A stretch of DNA of 62,172 nt, filler included, from Sphacelaria rigidula (taxonomy: Eukaryota): NCBI GenBank assembly GCA_964200075.2. It is 11 parts of 11 records of this genome, joined end to end, with 100 filler letters (N's around TTAATTAATTAA, not from the genome) between each part and the next. Parts side by side here need not be neighbours in the genome. Positions count along the whole stretch, not along the records: positions 22,648 to 28,208 come from CAXNAA020026321.1; positions 28,309 to 33,869 come from CAXNAA020026322.1; positions 33,970 to 39,530 come from CAXNAA020026323.1; 8 more parts are not named here. One strand, given 5' to 3'. A program made the position numbers and the translations under genes. Shown here in pieces: positions 24,915-37,442 of this stretch (position 1 is its first letter; each line of letters starts with the position of its first letter). The notes below the pieces were generated by a model, which saw nothing but the letters and a program-made list of their open reading frames with translations, made no database searches and was not told the DNA's origin.

Positions 24915-25745
24915 TTCTCGGCAACGAAGCAAAGGATTGCACTGCGGTTTGATGCGTGCGCTTCCCACACACCAGGAGTACACAGTGTCGGGGCGGACTT
25001 TCGTAACCCGTGCCGCGGAGCCCGCAGCACTTTGCAAACCGCCAAAATGTACTAAAAAACGCGTTTTCTTCAATGGTCTGGGGCTTGTCAGATCCGCTGT
25101 GGTGGATCTAGCAAATCCTCCGCGTCACTGAATAGATCTAGTGTGTGTGCGGGGAGCTGTCAAGCGCCACAGGCCGGTTTGCTTCCTGTCTCGCGAAAAA
25201 CGCGATAAAAACATTAAGCTGTCGCATACTAGACCTCGATAACTCGGGATGGAGCGCGTGTTCTGTTCGGCAAAGGTTCGGCAGAGGTTCGGCACAGGTC
25301 CGACCAGTCAATAACGCCTTCAGTGTGTGCGTGTGTTGTCGTCCCATTTATTCTGGGCGTCAGTCTACCCCTTTCGGGATATGTGGACGCATCAGCCGGG
25401 ATCACGCAAGAGGAAGGTCAACACAGGAGCTTTTTATTTTTTACTTGTTTTTCGTACCCCGCCTTCCTTCTGCGGTGCCTGCCTTTTATTTTTTATCGCT
25501 TGAGGGGTTCAGCAGTCCCTTTCCCTCGTCGACCGTTACGTCGAATTTTGTGTACCCACGACATAGTCGCTCTCCACTGCATGGTATAAGAAAAAATCCC
25601 AGATCGCTCCGGGAACCGAACCCCACAACTCAACCATCAGAAGGTTACGAGGTTACCAACTGAGCCACCGGGGCGACTGGCAGTACGTCGTCAATATCCC
25701 TCCGCGTTCATTTTATTTTTAGTTGACAACGGATTTTTGGTCGGT
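24915..25745 (+). repeat. Dispersed repeat shared with about 44495-44940, interrupted here by a SINE
   Basis: Blocks ctcggcaacgaagc, tgcgtgcgcttcccacac, gctgtcaag, aggtccgacca and, past the SINE, cctccgcgtt...gatttttggtcg are collinear with the contig 8 copy. Confidence 0.65.
25323..25681 (-). mobile_element. tRNA-derived SINE, family 1
   Basis: Minus-strand head gtcgccccggtggctcagttggtaacc...ggttcggttccc has Pol III A-box and B-box-like motifs; CA-rich tail. Other pieces at 22480-22547, 50565-50785 and a head at 50827-50852. Confidence 0.8.
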
Positions 25746-26307
25746 AATACCTTCATTCACGGGCATAACCGTGGCACGTTCTCAGAATAGTTCTCAAGAC
25801 GGCGAAGCATTCGGGTGGCGCTCGCAAACAGGGACCTAAAGAGGGATATTCTGCGCCACGCTGCTGGTCCAGACTTTCTCGGTAAAGGGAGCACGTTATT
25901 GGGAAAACACGACCTTCATCAATTTCATCTCTCCAGCTGACTCTATTCACCCGTTAACCAAAATCGCTGCTAGAAGCGTTATGCAGTAGGTTATAGCGCG
26001 CACGGCAAAATAAAACGCTCGCGATCCGACGTTGTACTTGACAAGAAGTGTCATCGTAAAAGTTGGCGTATCGTGGCACTTGACGTGTTTGAGCAGTATG
26101 ATGTTCAATTGGAAATGTGCATGCGCACACGAGGACAAAACGGTAATGACACCAGACGTAAGCGCGATGAAATTGACCAAGACGAGAGAAGACGAGGCGG
26201 AGTCCGTTGCCTACGATACAACATTACAGACAGCTGCAGTGCGCGCGATGAACAATCACAGAATATGTTAGTTAGTGTATCGCATCCGACATGGAAAACA
26301 CAATGAA

Positions 26308-26707
26308 CAGTGAATTTTCGAAAATGGGGTTTAACTCAAAAGCCGTGCTTTCCCTGACCTAAATTCATGACAAATGACTTTCATACGGACGACCTTATCC
26401 ATCCCGACCTCCCTAAGCCTATTCCAGGGGGTTTCTAGCCTTCCATACCCCCAAATGATAAGTGCGAAAACACACTTTTGCCTCGATTTCGGGGTGAAAA
26501 AGAGACGTCGTTTGGCCCGAGAATCGTGCTCTCGCACATACTCTTTGGGGGAATGGAAGGCTAGGAACCCCCCGGAAAATATTTAGGGAGGTCGGGAGGG
26601 ATGAGGTCGTCCGTATGAAAGTCATTTGTCATGATTTTAGGTCAGGGAAAGCGCGGCTTTTGAGTTGAACCTCATTTGTTTTTCAACTCATTTTCGAAAA
26701 TCCACTG
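26308..26707. mobile_element. 400-bp MITE with long TIRs, TTAA-associated
   Basis: Arms of roughly 160-180 bp; termini CAGTG...CACTG; flanks TGAA and TTAA. Related right ends ccactg|ttaa at about 22753 and 39723. Confidence 0.85.
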
Positions 26708-28356
26708 TTAATAGGTACATGCTGAAGCGACATCGTGACATGGTTCCTTGTTGGCGGTGTTGCGCACGCGAAGTCGCGTTGCTCACTCCTGGCCGTGTCT
26801 CAAGGAAGCAACACACACTTGCATCAGTTATCCACGTGATACTATCACGCAGTGGCAGATGTATGCTTACGATGCACAACGATAGGGGTGAAACGTACTC
26901 GGTGCCTTCGTGAATATCTATAGTCGAATATTGAAGGGCCTGATAGTCCCAACCTTTTGCCGACCTGGGCAGCACCCGTTTCCGCTCAAGTCGGCGTCGT
27001 GTACGGCTAGGGTTCGACGCAAATATTTCCATCAAACACGCTGTTTTGGCGACAGCAGGTTGGCGTGAACCCGCCTCAATGTAGCCGATAAGTTGTTGTC
27101 CGACGGATCGTCTCCGGGGGGGGTGATATTCAACGCACTTTCGCCAATGGACCTACGGGTTGTCGTTGCACTCACCAGTAAGTCATCACCCGCGGAAAGC
27201 GCAAAGCAAATAGCGCGTGATGGCGATCACCCATGGAATAGATATATTCGACCGTGTCCTATGAGTTGCGGTGGGTGACAGGTGCTTCGAGTGGTAAATG
27301 AAACGGCCAGCGTTGCATTCCTTGGAGGAATCGGGCGTTCCTTGGGCATCGATGGTTACCCACTTATGAAGCGCTAACCTAAACTGTAAACGCCACGACT
27401 TCCCGGGTACTGCTGGACTTCCGCGCACTAGAAGCTCGCAGCCAAGGCGATGTGAACTCGTCGCGACACACAGTTATCTGTTCGCGAAGATCGGGCGTAG
27501 CTGTGTCCTTTGCGCTCTGCAACAAAGCGGCCGTAGTTTCTCGTGCATGCCACACACGTCCACATCAACATCGTCTCTCTAAGGCTTAGCTTCTCACTGC
27601 TGCCGCACCGGGCACTCCTAGAAAGCCACTGAGGAACGGGGGACATGTTGATTGTAGAGATGAAGAGGTGATACCTGCACGAACACCTTCAAACAGCCAA
27701 GATTTACTTCGTTAGCAGCGAGTACCCGGAAACGCTGTCCGCGATACTCGTTCTCCGCGGGCGAGGGTCGGCTTTAAGGGGGCAACTGGTACTTTAAAAG
27801 ACTGTCAAGGGACATTCCTGTCTGCGAATGATGCCGCGGTAGCGGTTCCCGCCTCCCTTCCTCCCTGCCCAGGAAAGTGTAATGGGGACCGAGGCAGAGT
27901 CTACGTGTGAGGTGGCTAGACCTGGTTTCCGAAACCACCTCTATCTACATTGTTCAGAATGTATTTTAAGACCTGATTTCTGGAACCAACTATATCTGTT
28001 GGAGGTGTCTCTACTGTGAGTAGGAACTGTGCTCCGTCTCGAAAGGGATGCGTGTTCAATAGTCATATGACTGAGGCAAGCAACCGGACACCCATGAGGC
28101 AGTGCATAGGCCGTGGCTGTCTCTGGAAGTGGCGATACCAGAAAACGAAGCAAATCATTGTAGGCTGTCATCCAAATGCAGGATAACCAGTAGGCTTAGG
28201 GCCGAACTNNNNNNNNNNNNNNNNNNNNNNNNNNNNNNNNNNNNNNNNNNNNTTAATTAATTAANNNNNNNNNNNNNNNNNNNNNNNNNNNNNNNNNNNN
28301 NNNNNNNNCCGCACAAACCCCAATGCTCACACGTGCAGGGAGTGGTGGGAGGACTG

Positions 28357-28594
28357 CTGCCGAGATAGCCCCCCCCCCGAACCGGCTAAAAACGTGCACG
28401 GAGGCCATGGTGATAAATGCCGTTAGGGCTGGTTTTGTGCTGCACGACGCGACTCATTTGGGCGTTTTAGCTGATTTCGGACTGCTACACGCCTTTCATC
28501 TGAGCGCAATTGCTGAAAACGAGCCCAATAGTAGGATCGCAGCCAGTTTGTCGGACGGCGGCGGTGCACTTTCTGTGGGGGGGCTACCTCGGCA
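28357..28594. mobile_element. Small MITE-like element
   Basis: tgccgagatagccccccc is inverted as gggggggctacctcggca. Confidence 0.55.
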
Positions 28595-30241
28595 TTAGTC
28601 TACACTCTGATCCTCCACTATGTTCTTCTTGTGAAAATGTAATATTTGTAGTTTTCGAGCTTATCGTGCCATCGCTCTGCACTGAGACACAAATTCCGGC
28701 GTGCTGCCGATGCTTCCGCCTAGTGCGAAACGAAAGCGCTACAGACGCTGTGGACCTAAGTTACCACCACACACGAGGGCACGGCTCACCATTTTCCGCA
28801 GGAAACTTGCAAACACACACAGTTGCCTTGATGACCTCTTCGGTTCCCCATCGGACAGACACCTCCCCCCCCCGTCAAAAACCAACCGCCGTCCACTGCA
28901 AATCCGCGGATGTATATTGATTGTCAGCCTCTGAATCTGTTCCGAGACGATCCTCCCTGTCTATCGGTTACGAAGCATGCCATCTATTCCTTGAGGGAGT
29001 AAGAAAGTTGAGAATATATTTTAAAACAAAAGAAGTTGGAGTAGCACAACCCGTTGACCCTTTTCGAAAATACTGGCGATTCATCTTTCTCCGAATCGGT
29101 ATCAGTTTGGCCTCAAAATTACGGCAAATGATGCCAATTAAATAAAAAAAAAGGCTAACGGGTTCCATCACGGTCAACACTCCATATCCAAAAATTGCAG
29201 CGAGATTCTTCGGTAAATAACGCTTCTACTCTAACATACGATTTCGACCTCGTGGGCTTTCATTGCTCGTTTACATCTTTCAAGCTGACATATTGACCGC
29301 TTAACCCTTCGACCGCGAGGGTAGGTTACCAGCTGAGTCGGCATCAATGTTTACTTGAAACAAGTATGCATATCCAGATGAACTGCCCGCACCGCGGTCT
29401 GGGGGTCAACCGCGACTATACGCGACCTCAGTCACGCACTAACATTTGCATCAAACTTGATGCCCATTCAAACTCGTGACGTACGAACCTCCGTGAACCG
29501 GTCAAGTCCTGCTGTTATCCTGGACCCGACCCGGTCATGTTTTCGGCGTCAATTCGTTCCGATTTGCAGTTCCGGTCTCTTTGCGCAGGGTTGCGTATTC
29601 ACCGTTCATTCCTCGAACAGATTTTACATGTGCACATCAACCGTCTCAACCCTCAGACGGCGAGAGTAAGTCATATGTTGAATCGGCATCAATTTCGCAT
29701 GAAACTTCTATGCGTGGCCCAGTTGCACTACTATCGCGGGCTAAGGATTATGTCCGGTTTCGGAACGGCTTCTACCCGTTTGCCATTGAATGTAAGCACT
29801 GCGGTCATTTTTCACCCTCGTCGGTACCAGCCTTGTTTTTCTTTCATCTTTCAACATGCCTCAGTGCAATCTTCAGCCTGCACGCTTGTTCACGTCTCTT
29901 CGTTCCTTTACCTTCCCCTTGTCTACCTTCTTTATAACGTGCTGCGTTCCAAAACCAGATGTCTACACTCGGGACGTGACGGACTTCGTCAGATCCGAGA
30001 TCATCCACCTCAACTTTCGTCAGTCTCTGTGACGTTTTAGCGGCTTTATTTCTTCTCATTTTAGGCTCCGGTTCTTTCGGCGTTGTGTAGTCTTCTGTGC
30101 AGTAACGTCGTCAAACCAACTTCATTTTCTCAGTACTATTCGGGGGCCAGGATTGGGGGCATTGGGTGTGTCCTCAGTTTTATATTTCCTTCGTTCTAAA
30201 CTGCTCCCGACATATATATCACGAAAATATCTGCTTCTAGC

Positions 30242-30520
30242 GCCCCGGTGGTGTATTGGCCCGACTGTTGCCATTTGGGCGGAGAGAACGGGGGTTCGAT
30301 TTCCGATTGGTTGGTTTTTTTCTTCGTCATGCACGATTTCCACCGTGGAAAACGTGAGTACATGGGTAAACAATAATAGTCGACTGGGTTTGTGTGACGT
30401 GGGTTGACGCGGTGCGGAAGTGCTGACCCAATCCGCGAGAGCGAAACGAAAGGCGCGTACCGGGGGAGAGGTGGATTGATCCCTCGAGACCACGGACTCA
30501 TTCCGAGGAGGGGGGGGAGT
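30242..30520 (+). mobile_element. tRNA-derived SINE, family 2
   Basis: Head gccccggTGGTGTATTGGcccg...GGTTCGATTTCC has A and B boxes; the 3' part recurs at 11110-11224. Confidence 0.75.
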
Positions 30521-30824
30521 TTGAAAGTGTGAGGGAAAAAAAAAAAAGGGCAGGTAGATTTGAGGGTCTCGAACTTGGATTAGCTCTGGGTGATTACACC
30601 GAACTAATAATAGGGTGATCAACTCACTTGATGTTGATGCTGGGCCAAGTCAATTGAAGTTTGGTTGATGAAGCCATCATCTAGTTTCCTTTAACCTGGG
30701 ATATTTCTCAATATTATCAAGTCTATTTTGGGGTGGTTCTCGCTGCCTGCGACATGTCGATTCCTGCGTTTGCTGTTCCTACACGTACATGCAGCAGGGG
30801 GTGGTAATTTGGTCGTCTAGATTG

Positions 30825-31335
30825 TACAGACAGCGCAGAACTATATGTATGTTTTCTGCTTACAGTGCGACGTGAAAAGGACTTGAACAGTGTGCGCAGC
30901 TTTGTCTGCCTGCACTGTCCATGGGTGTGTATGTAATAAGCTTCAGGTTATTGCCCGCATCCTACCCCGCATGGTTCCGGCACCGCGCGACTCCGCGAGC
31001 ATGAAAGAAAATGCTCAAGTTTAAACTTCCACCAGCAACACATACATCATACCCAACCACGGCAGTGTGTATCTATATCCCTGTGCCCAACATGTGCTCT
31101 TTGCTGCAGGGTTTTTGTGGTGGTATTATAGCTGGGAATGAGTGTTGTCGGGTTTGCAATTCAATCTGTGAACGGCGGGTGACACATAAATATCTGGCGT
31201 GATGGTCCATACCACAAGATTGCTGAGGTCTCAACGGTGCCCTGGAAGCAGCTAGGACAGAAGTGCACAAGTGTAAATGTACACGCTGGAGGATACTACA
31301 CGGCTATGTCCTCCGGAGTCGCAACAAATGTGTTA
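30825..31335. repeat. Uninterrupted copy of the dispersed repeat seen at 19375-22070
   Basis: Reverse-complement alignment over about 500 bp; provides the empty site for the 2.2-kb element. Confidence 0.85.
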
Positions 31336-31349
31336 AGGCGGATATCGGC

Positions 31350-33869
31350 TGTATATGTAGTGCTTTCCCTCCGGCCTCGGCCCGAGCACCGAGGCCGGGT
31401 TGGGCTGGCTTGACGGCAGCGACCCAAGGAAAGACGCAGCAATTTGGCTAGTACGGAGTATCTGTGACATCTATTGTCAATCTACTTCGTACCACGCCCC
31501 TGCGGCAGCTGGGTTACCTCTCATCCCACGTATCCCTGCTCATGCAAGCCATACGGCGGTTATCACCCGTGATACAGTGGGTACCTTTTCCCGGTCGTAG
31601 ACCCGAACCGTCGCCACCGGGTATAGGCCAGCTGAGGCAGTGACCCCTGGAAGAGTACAACACCCGGCTTGTGCGGAGATAGCCTCCTCCTCCCTAACTG
31701 CTACGCACCACAGTGGAGTGGGTTTCAATGCTTATTGCGCTAGCGCCCCTACTGCACCATACGGTGTTTACCACCCGTAAACGTGCTGCCACATGGCGAT
31801 GATATCTGAACACCCCCTATCCGTGCCGGAAGGGGCCGCTAATCCGACTACTCATCGCCACTGCGGAAAGTACCGTTGCTGTAGCTCTGAGAGTAGACAG
31901 CGCCGTGCGTGCAAGCATAAAGGTCGACATGATGGAGGTCGACGTGCGCGAGGTCCGCTGAACCTCACGCAGGAACAGATAGGCATGAACCAGCGTAGGC
32001 AGAAGAGTGCGTGGAAACGGAGAATTGTAGCACACAAACGCTGGATCAGACACCAGAAAGGGGCAGAGAAAAACGAAGGAAAAAAGGAGGGAAAAACCAG
32101 CTCGGCGAGCCGACAAAGCTCAGGCTCACGCCAATCGTACTGCCGCAAGGGCGGAGGCTCAATTCAAAGAGCTGGTGGTGGCCACGTGGAATGTACGCAC
32201 TATGGCCGAGAGAGGTTCCAACGGCACAGGCCACGCAGAGGACCTACTGCGTTTTGCGTCCAAGCACAACTGTGATTTCGCCACCCTCCAAGAAACCCAT
32301 CGCGATGGACGAACAACCTTCCACGCACCGGCAGCAGGCTACATAGTTCACTGGAGCGGCCACTGCCATGGAGACGGGGGGAAACCGGGAATGCTCGGAG
32401 TCGGCCTTGCCATCAAGGAGTCTATCGCCAACACACGGGGTCCAGATGCCATCACTTCCGAACACGTGAGTGCCAGGATCCTGACGGTACGAGTAGCTTT
32501 CCGGCATAGAGTTGCCACAACCTTCATTGTAGGGTATGCTACTACTGAGACAGCACAAGGTTCTGATAATACCACGTTCTGGAAACCTTTCTGTAGTTCC
32601 ATCGCTGAAGTGCCCACTAACGAGCGGCTAATACTAATAATGGATGCCCATGTTCGTACCGGAAAGAGAGAAGTAGGAGGAATGGATGACGCTCACGTAT
32701 TAGGAGAGAATGGTAGAGACACCCGGAACGATAACGGTAGACGCCTCCTGAAATGTGCCGCGGAAAATAAAATGGCCATCACCAAAACATTTTTTCGCAC
32801 ACCAAATCGCGGGGAAAGCTCGACCGCGTACACATATGCGGGGCCGAAGGTCGAACATCGCTGGCGCCTGGACTACATCCTCGTACGTCAGCAAGACCGC
32901 AGACTCGTCCGAAATATCACAGTGCACCCCGAGATGAAATCGGACCATCTCTGGTCTTTGCCGCCATCCGTCTCCTTGGACGGAACGCCTCCAACCGTCA
33001 ACCGCAACCGAGAGGCGGGGATAGGGGAGTGCGTTTCGACCGCCAAGCCCTCGCATCCGACCGAAGCTGGAGAGCTACTGTTGCACAAGCCATTATCGTT
33101 AAGCTCCCGAACGCCATTGATTCCCCCGCAGTAATGGACGTCAACCACATGGCATCTGCGTTCGCCAACGCCCTGCGACAGACGGCTGCGGATACACACC
33201 CTAGATGCCCCAAGAAAACCCCATCTAGAGGTTTCATCGAGTCATCTCAAGCTAAGGACCGCCTACAAAAGGCATGGGATCTCCAGGAGAGTGTATGGAG
33301 AAAACAACGAGCAAACCCCTAAGAAACTGTCCTGAAGAAGGCGCTGAAGGTGACGGACAAGGCGTTTAAGCGGGTGAAGGATGCTGAGATGCAGAACTTT
33401 GTCCACGAGTTTGCAGTCTGGACCGCGGAGTTTGTTCGCAAGAAGGATCAAGCAGGACTGTACCAGCATATCAAGTCCTTGGAACTGTAAGGGAAGAAGC
33501 AGAGCGACTCAACCTACGTCCGGAGCGCGACTGGCGAGCTGTTGCGAGACAAGCAAGCTATCCTGCAACGATGGAAGCAATGGTTTGACACACTGCTGAA
33601 CGCAACCTCGCCTGCAATCGATCATTCTGTCATCGATCTCATCGAACAGCTGCCAGAGCACACATCGCTCGCGGCGGAGCCCTCGATGGCAATGGTGAAG
33701 CAAGCGGTGGGCAAACTGGCGAACGGTAAGGTCGTCGGGACGGACGACATCTGTGGTGAACTGTTAAAGCTCGGCCGCACCGAAGACTCTGTCATCCTAA
33801 AGTGCCTCCACGACATCGTGCTCACCGTGTGGCGTCAGGAAGTTGTACCGCAAGAGTGGAAAGACACTA
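31350..33869 (+). mobile_element. RTE-type LINE, 5' part (AP endonuclease to start of RT), inactivated
   Basis: ATWNVRT...LQET...GVGLAIK...MDAHVRTG...NDNGRRLL...LDYILVRQ...SDH, then ILQRWKQWFDTLLN...KLANGKVVGTDDICGELLK...VPQEWKD. Frameshift near 32950 and in-frame TAA stops near 33320 and 33488; cut by the contig end. 5' boundary approximate. Confidence 0.92.
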
Positions 33870-33976
33870 NNNNNNNNNNNNNNNNNNNNNNNNNNNNNNN
33901 NNNNNNNNNNNNNTTAATTAATTAANNNNNNNNNNNNNNNNNNNNNNNNNNNNNNNNNNNNNNNNNNNNGGGGGAG

Positions 33977-34013
<37 letters not shown>

Positions 34014-34029
34014 GGGTGTTTTTGTTTGT

Positions 34030-34061
<32 letters not shown>

Positions 34062-34357
34062 GAAACAGTTCGCTAGTTCAGGTTACAACGTTCTGGCATT
34101 CCTATACAGTACTTGACGTCGTCTTCCAGCACAAAAACTCGGTGTGACTGCACCATCGCCTTCCCCACGAGACTGTTTCGAACCCTATTTTGCCGGTGAC
34201 TGCATGAATTGTGTCCAGTGTCATTCGTGCAGTTGACACTTACTCTCACCGTCTCTTCTCAAGATGACAACATGATGATGAGACTGAAAATATGTATATT
34301 ATATTCCATGCGACTATCGAAGCAAAAAAAGCACGGCCCATCATCTCTTTACCTGAA

Positions 34358-34358
<1 letters not shown>

Positions 34359-34403
<45 letters not shown>
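34359..34403. repeat. (CA)n microsatellite
   Basis: Perfect CA run; on the minus strand its first GT is the donor of exon 34404-34486. Confidence 0.95.
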
Positions 34404-34405
<2 letters not shown>

Positions 34406-34486
34406 GGTCCTCGTCCTCGGTAAGCTTGATCTCCCCGGTACATCCGCTTTCGTCTGAGTCGTCGTGAACACTCACGAGAATAGAGT
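34404..34486 (-). CDS. Exon 2 of small secreted Cys-containing protein
   Basis: atgcag| (Y)SILVSVHDDSDESGCTGEIKLTEDEDQ |gtgtgt; the phase-1 start completes the TAC codon left by exon 37160-37442. A possible further 34-nt exon lies at 34250-34283 (weak). Confidence 0.75.
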
Positions 34487-35269
34487 CTGCATGGCGGTAA
34501 CGGACACGAAGGGAGGGGGAGGGGGGGCGGGAGGGTGACGAGAGCGCCTGTTTGATATAGATAAAGTAAGACGCCTTTGACGTCCTTTCAACACGGGACA
34601 TCATAACAAATTGAGGATGGATGTTTTGAGGGTGAGCCTTGGGAACCTTCAATGGGCATCGAAATATTTTCGACGATAGAACTCAAATGCACTCTCCGAC
34701 CGTGATGTATGGCCTCGCTCATCCTCAAAGAAATGTATCCGCAATCTCTAAAATCCCGCGTTAATCCCGAACGATATCGACCTCCGTTCGTTCCTGTACA
34801 AAAATATGGCCTTATTTGTCAGACTCCCCCGTCCGTGTACACACGGAATTTTACAACTGGGGAAGTATATGTTGTTGTTCAGGATGGGCGACGTCACACA
34901 TCATGGCCAGATAATGCATTTGCATTTTGCTTTGGAGAAGGTTTGAGTGCTCATCAAGGTTCCCAAGTTTCATCCTCAAAAATAAAAATCGATCCTCAAC
35001 TTGTAAAATCCCGTAAAATGTACATATGCATGCATGCATGTGGTATTGATGTTTACATTTTCGCACAAAGCCGCAGTTTGATGTAGCCACTATGAGGGTT
35101 TTGCTCAGCACTGTAAGCTCGCACGGAGTTGGTGAAATGCGCTGAAAAGGTATATCTACGCGATCGAGGGGCATTAGGCCGACAAAAAAGTCATCATTAG
35201 GAACCTTCACGATAACTTTGGGGACAGCATTGTTTAGGGCTTGCGAACCTCATTTTTGTGATCAGAGCA

Positions 35270-35521
35270 ATGCTACGGTAGGCGTGCACTTTTTGCGGCA
35301 AAGTTTGTCTGGTTCAGTCGCTCCCAACAATTCTAGATGCACAAGAATATGGGCCAGGGCATCCCCGTTCGCACATTCACTCGGGATATTCCCAGCAGAT
35401 TGGAATATTATAGTAGTCCTGACGTACTCTCACATATTTTTTTTAGTCGTGTTTTGTAATAGATAAAGGGCTCCTAATAATTCTAACCTCGGAGAATATT
35501 TGTGCACCCCTACCGTAGCAT
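35270..35521. mobile_element. About 250-bp MITE in the intron of the secreted-protein gene
   Basis: TIRs atgctacggtaggcgtgcac / gtgcacccctaccgtagcat; inverted copy at 46464-46708. Confidence 0.8.
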
Positions 35522-37159
35522 CACTCATCAACCTCCCTAATCTATATCATTGTTAAACCCCTCTCTCACGGAACCTCTCACACGAACCTCTTATCCTGTG
35601 AGGGGATGAGAGGAACAAAAGACAATCGATTGTGAAGGCCAGCGCCTGCAGCATGGTGTGCTCTGTCACCTGTATCTCGACTTCGGTGTAATAATAGTGT
35701 GCCCTTGGGCTCAATCCCTCACAATCATAATCAAATATGATGTGTGACATGACTTGAAAAAAAAAGTATGTATTATTATGTTATTGGGCTCAATCTTTCT
35801 CATGCCACACCCCAACGTTTTAGCGAGATTCTGCGAGTAGATCGACCGTCTAGGCTAGGGCTGCCGTCTAAGTAGACCATGTATTCCGGACTACAAGGCT
35901 CACACATGTTGGGGGCAATGTAAGCACCTGGACTTGCTGGGAAATCACAACACGTTAGACTCACCAGTCGAGCAGTTTTCCTGCATTTCATCCAAACATT
36001 TGACCCACGGGAACACGGACGGGAGAACCACGAGAGTTTGGCGACGAGTCAATTTTCCGTGTCCCCACTATTATTGTGGTTTACATATACGTGCTGATAC
36101 AACGATGCCAATGATATACTTGGGTGCGAACGATGTGTACTGGGGCGCGGACGACTTCGGAATTTAAGTAGTAGCATCCTGCGGTATAGGAGTGATGAAT
36201 GATCAGTAGTAGAGCTCACTCTCTGGCCGTAAGAATGCGAATGATTTCTTGAGTTTTGAGTGACCACCGATATTCGGAGCTATACAGAGCGGCCGACAAT
36301 CACAAGTGCTCCTTTAGTAGTAGTAGTCAAACTTTAACTGTTATGTGGCAATCATCTATCGGAATTTTTTCACACCCGATTTGTCACCTTCATTCGAGAG
36401 TTTCGAGAGTCAGTATTACAGGCGTTGGAAAAATAAGAAGCAGGTCGTGCCCAGGACAAATTTCCCAATTTTTTGCTGCCGGCATGATGGGGAGTGAAAC
36501 CCTCTCATCTCGTCCACAACTTGGTCGTGTACTGCTCATCTCGACACTTGCGCCGGATACACTGGAGTCTCTTGATTCCAAAAGTTTCGGGTGAAACAAG
36601 AGCCGTGATCAGTTGTGGTGACCGAAAAAGTAGGCTGAACTTATCGCGATTCAAATCGAAAATATTCCGTTCAAAGTTTCCGACTACTCAAAGCATGTGA
36701 CCAGGACGTGTGTTGTCCAAATCGGCGCTAGGTGGTACCGATTTGAGGTCTGCCAACGCACACTTCACGTCGAGCAACTTTGCGCTCCCCTTGCCCATTT
36801 ATTCTCGTATGCCTTGGTCGGGGTCAGGGTTATAGGTTTAGGGTTGGGATAAACGTTTGTTCAAAGTCATGGATTCGTGAGAACACTTTGTCAACCATTT
36901 TTGCGACCGAAGCGTAACAACCCCTCCGAATGATTTCCACTCGACTTCATTCCAGTGTTGAACAGCCTGTAGACTGGTTGAAACTCGTACTGGGGTGCGG
37001 ATGATTTCCGCCGGTAATTTCCGCCATCGTCATCGTGTTACACTCTTACCACCATCGCTACAGCGGAGGCGCTATAGCCACAAACTCCGCCACCACACGG
37101 GAAGAGTGTTCCTACCCCTGCCCCTCCTCCTCATAAACAAGGGCCTCAATTCAACTCAC

Positions 37160-37442
37160 ATGAACCCTCAGCCAAGGACTTGGGAATCTGCACATTGTAG
37201 TCACCCATGCTGTCCGCGCACCCATTTGATTTCCCACATAGGTCAGCGACTTGACTACCCCCACACGAGGCGTCATCGAACATAACGATGTCAAATCGGC
37301 CCTCGCCGAGAGACTCCCACTTGACGGTGATGTGGTCCCCCGCCATAACTGTTCCCGGATTCTTGACGTCGATCCCTTGCGTAAGCCGAAGCCCGAGGCA
37401 TCCCAACAGGGCTAGCGACGATAAAGTAGATGTAGTTTTCAT
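37160..37442 (-). CDS. First coding exon of secreted protein (signal peptide + probable beta-sandwich domain)
   Basis: MKTTSTLSSLALLGCLGLRLTQG then IDVKNPGTVMAGDHITVKWESLGEGRFDIVMFDDASCGGSQVADLCGKSNGCADSMGDYNVQIPKSLAEGS; strong donor gtgagt. Confidence 0.8.

Noticed and set aside
25600..25681. Possible tRNA genes here and at 30242-30310
   Set aside because: No clean cloverleaf by eye, and both run directly into multi-copy bodies, so they are treated as SINE heads.
26890..27680. Possible decayed transposase on the minus strand
   Set aside because: Many stops and no catalytic motif I can name.
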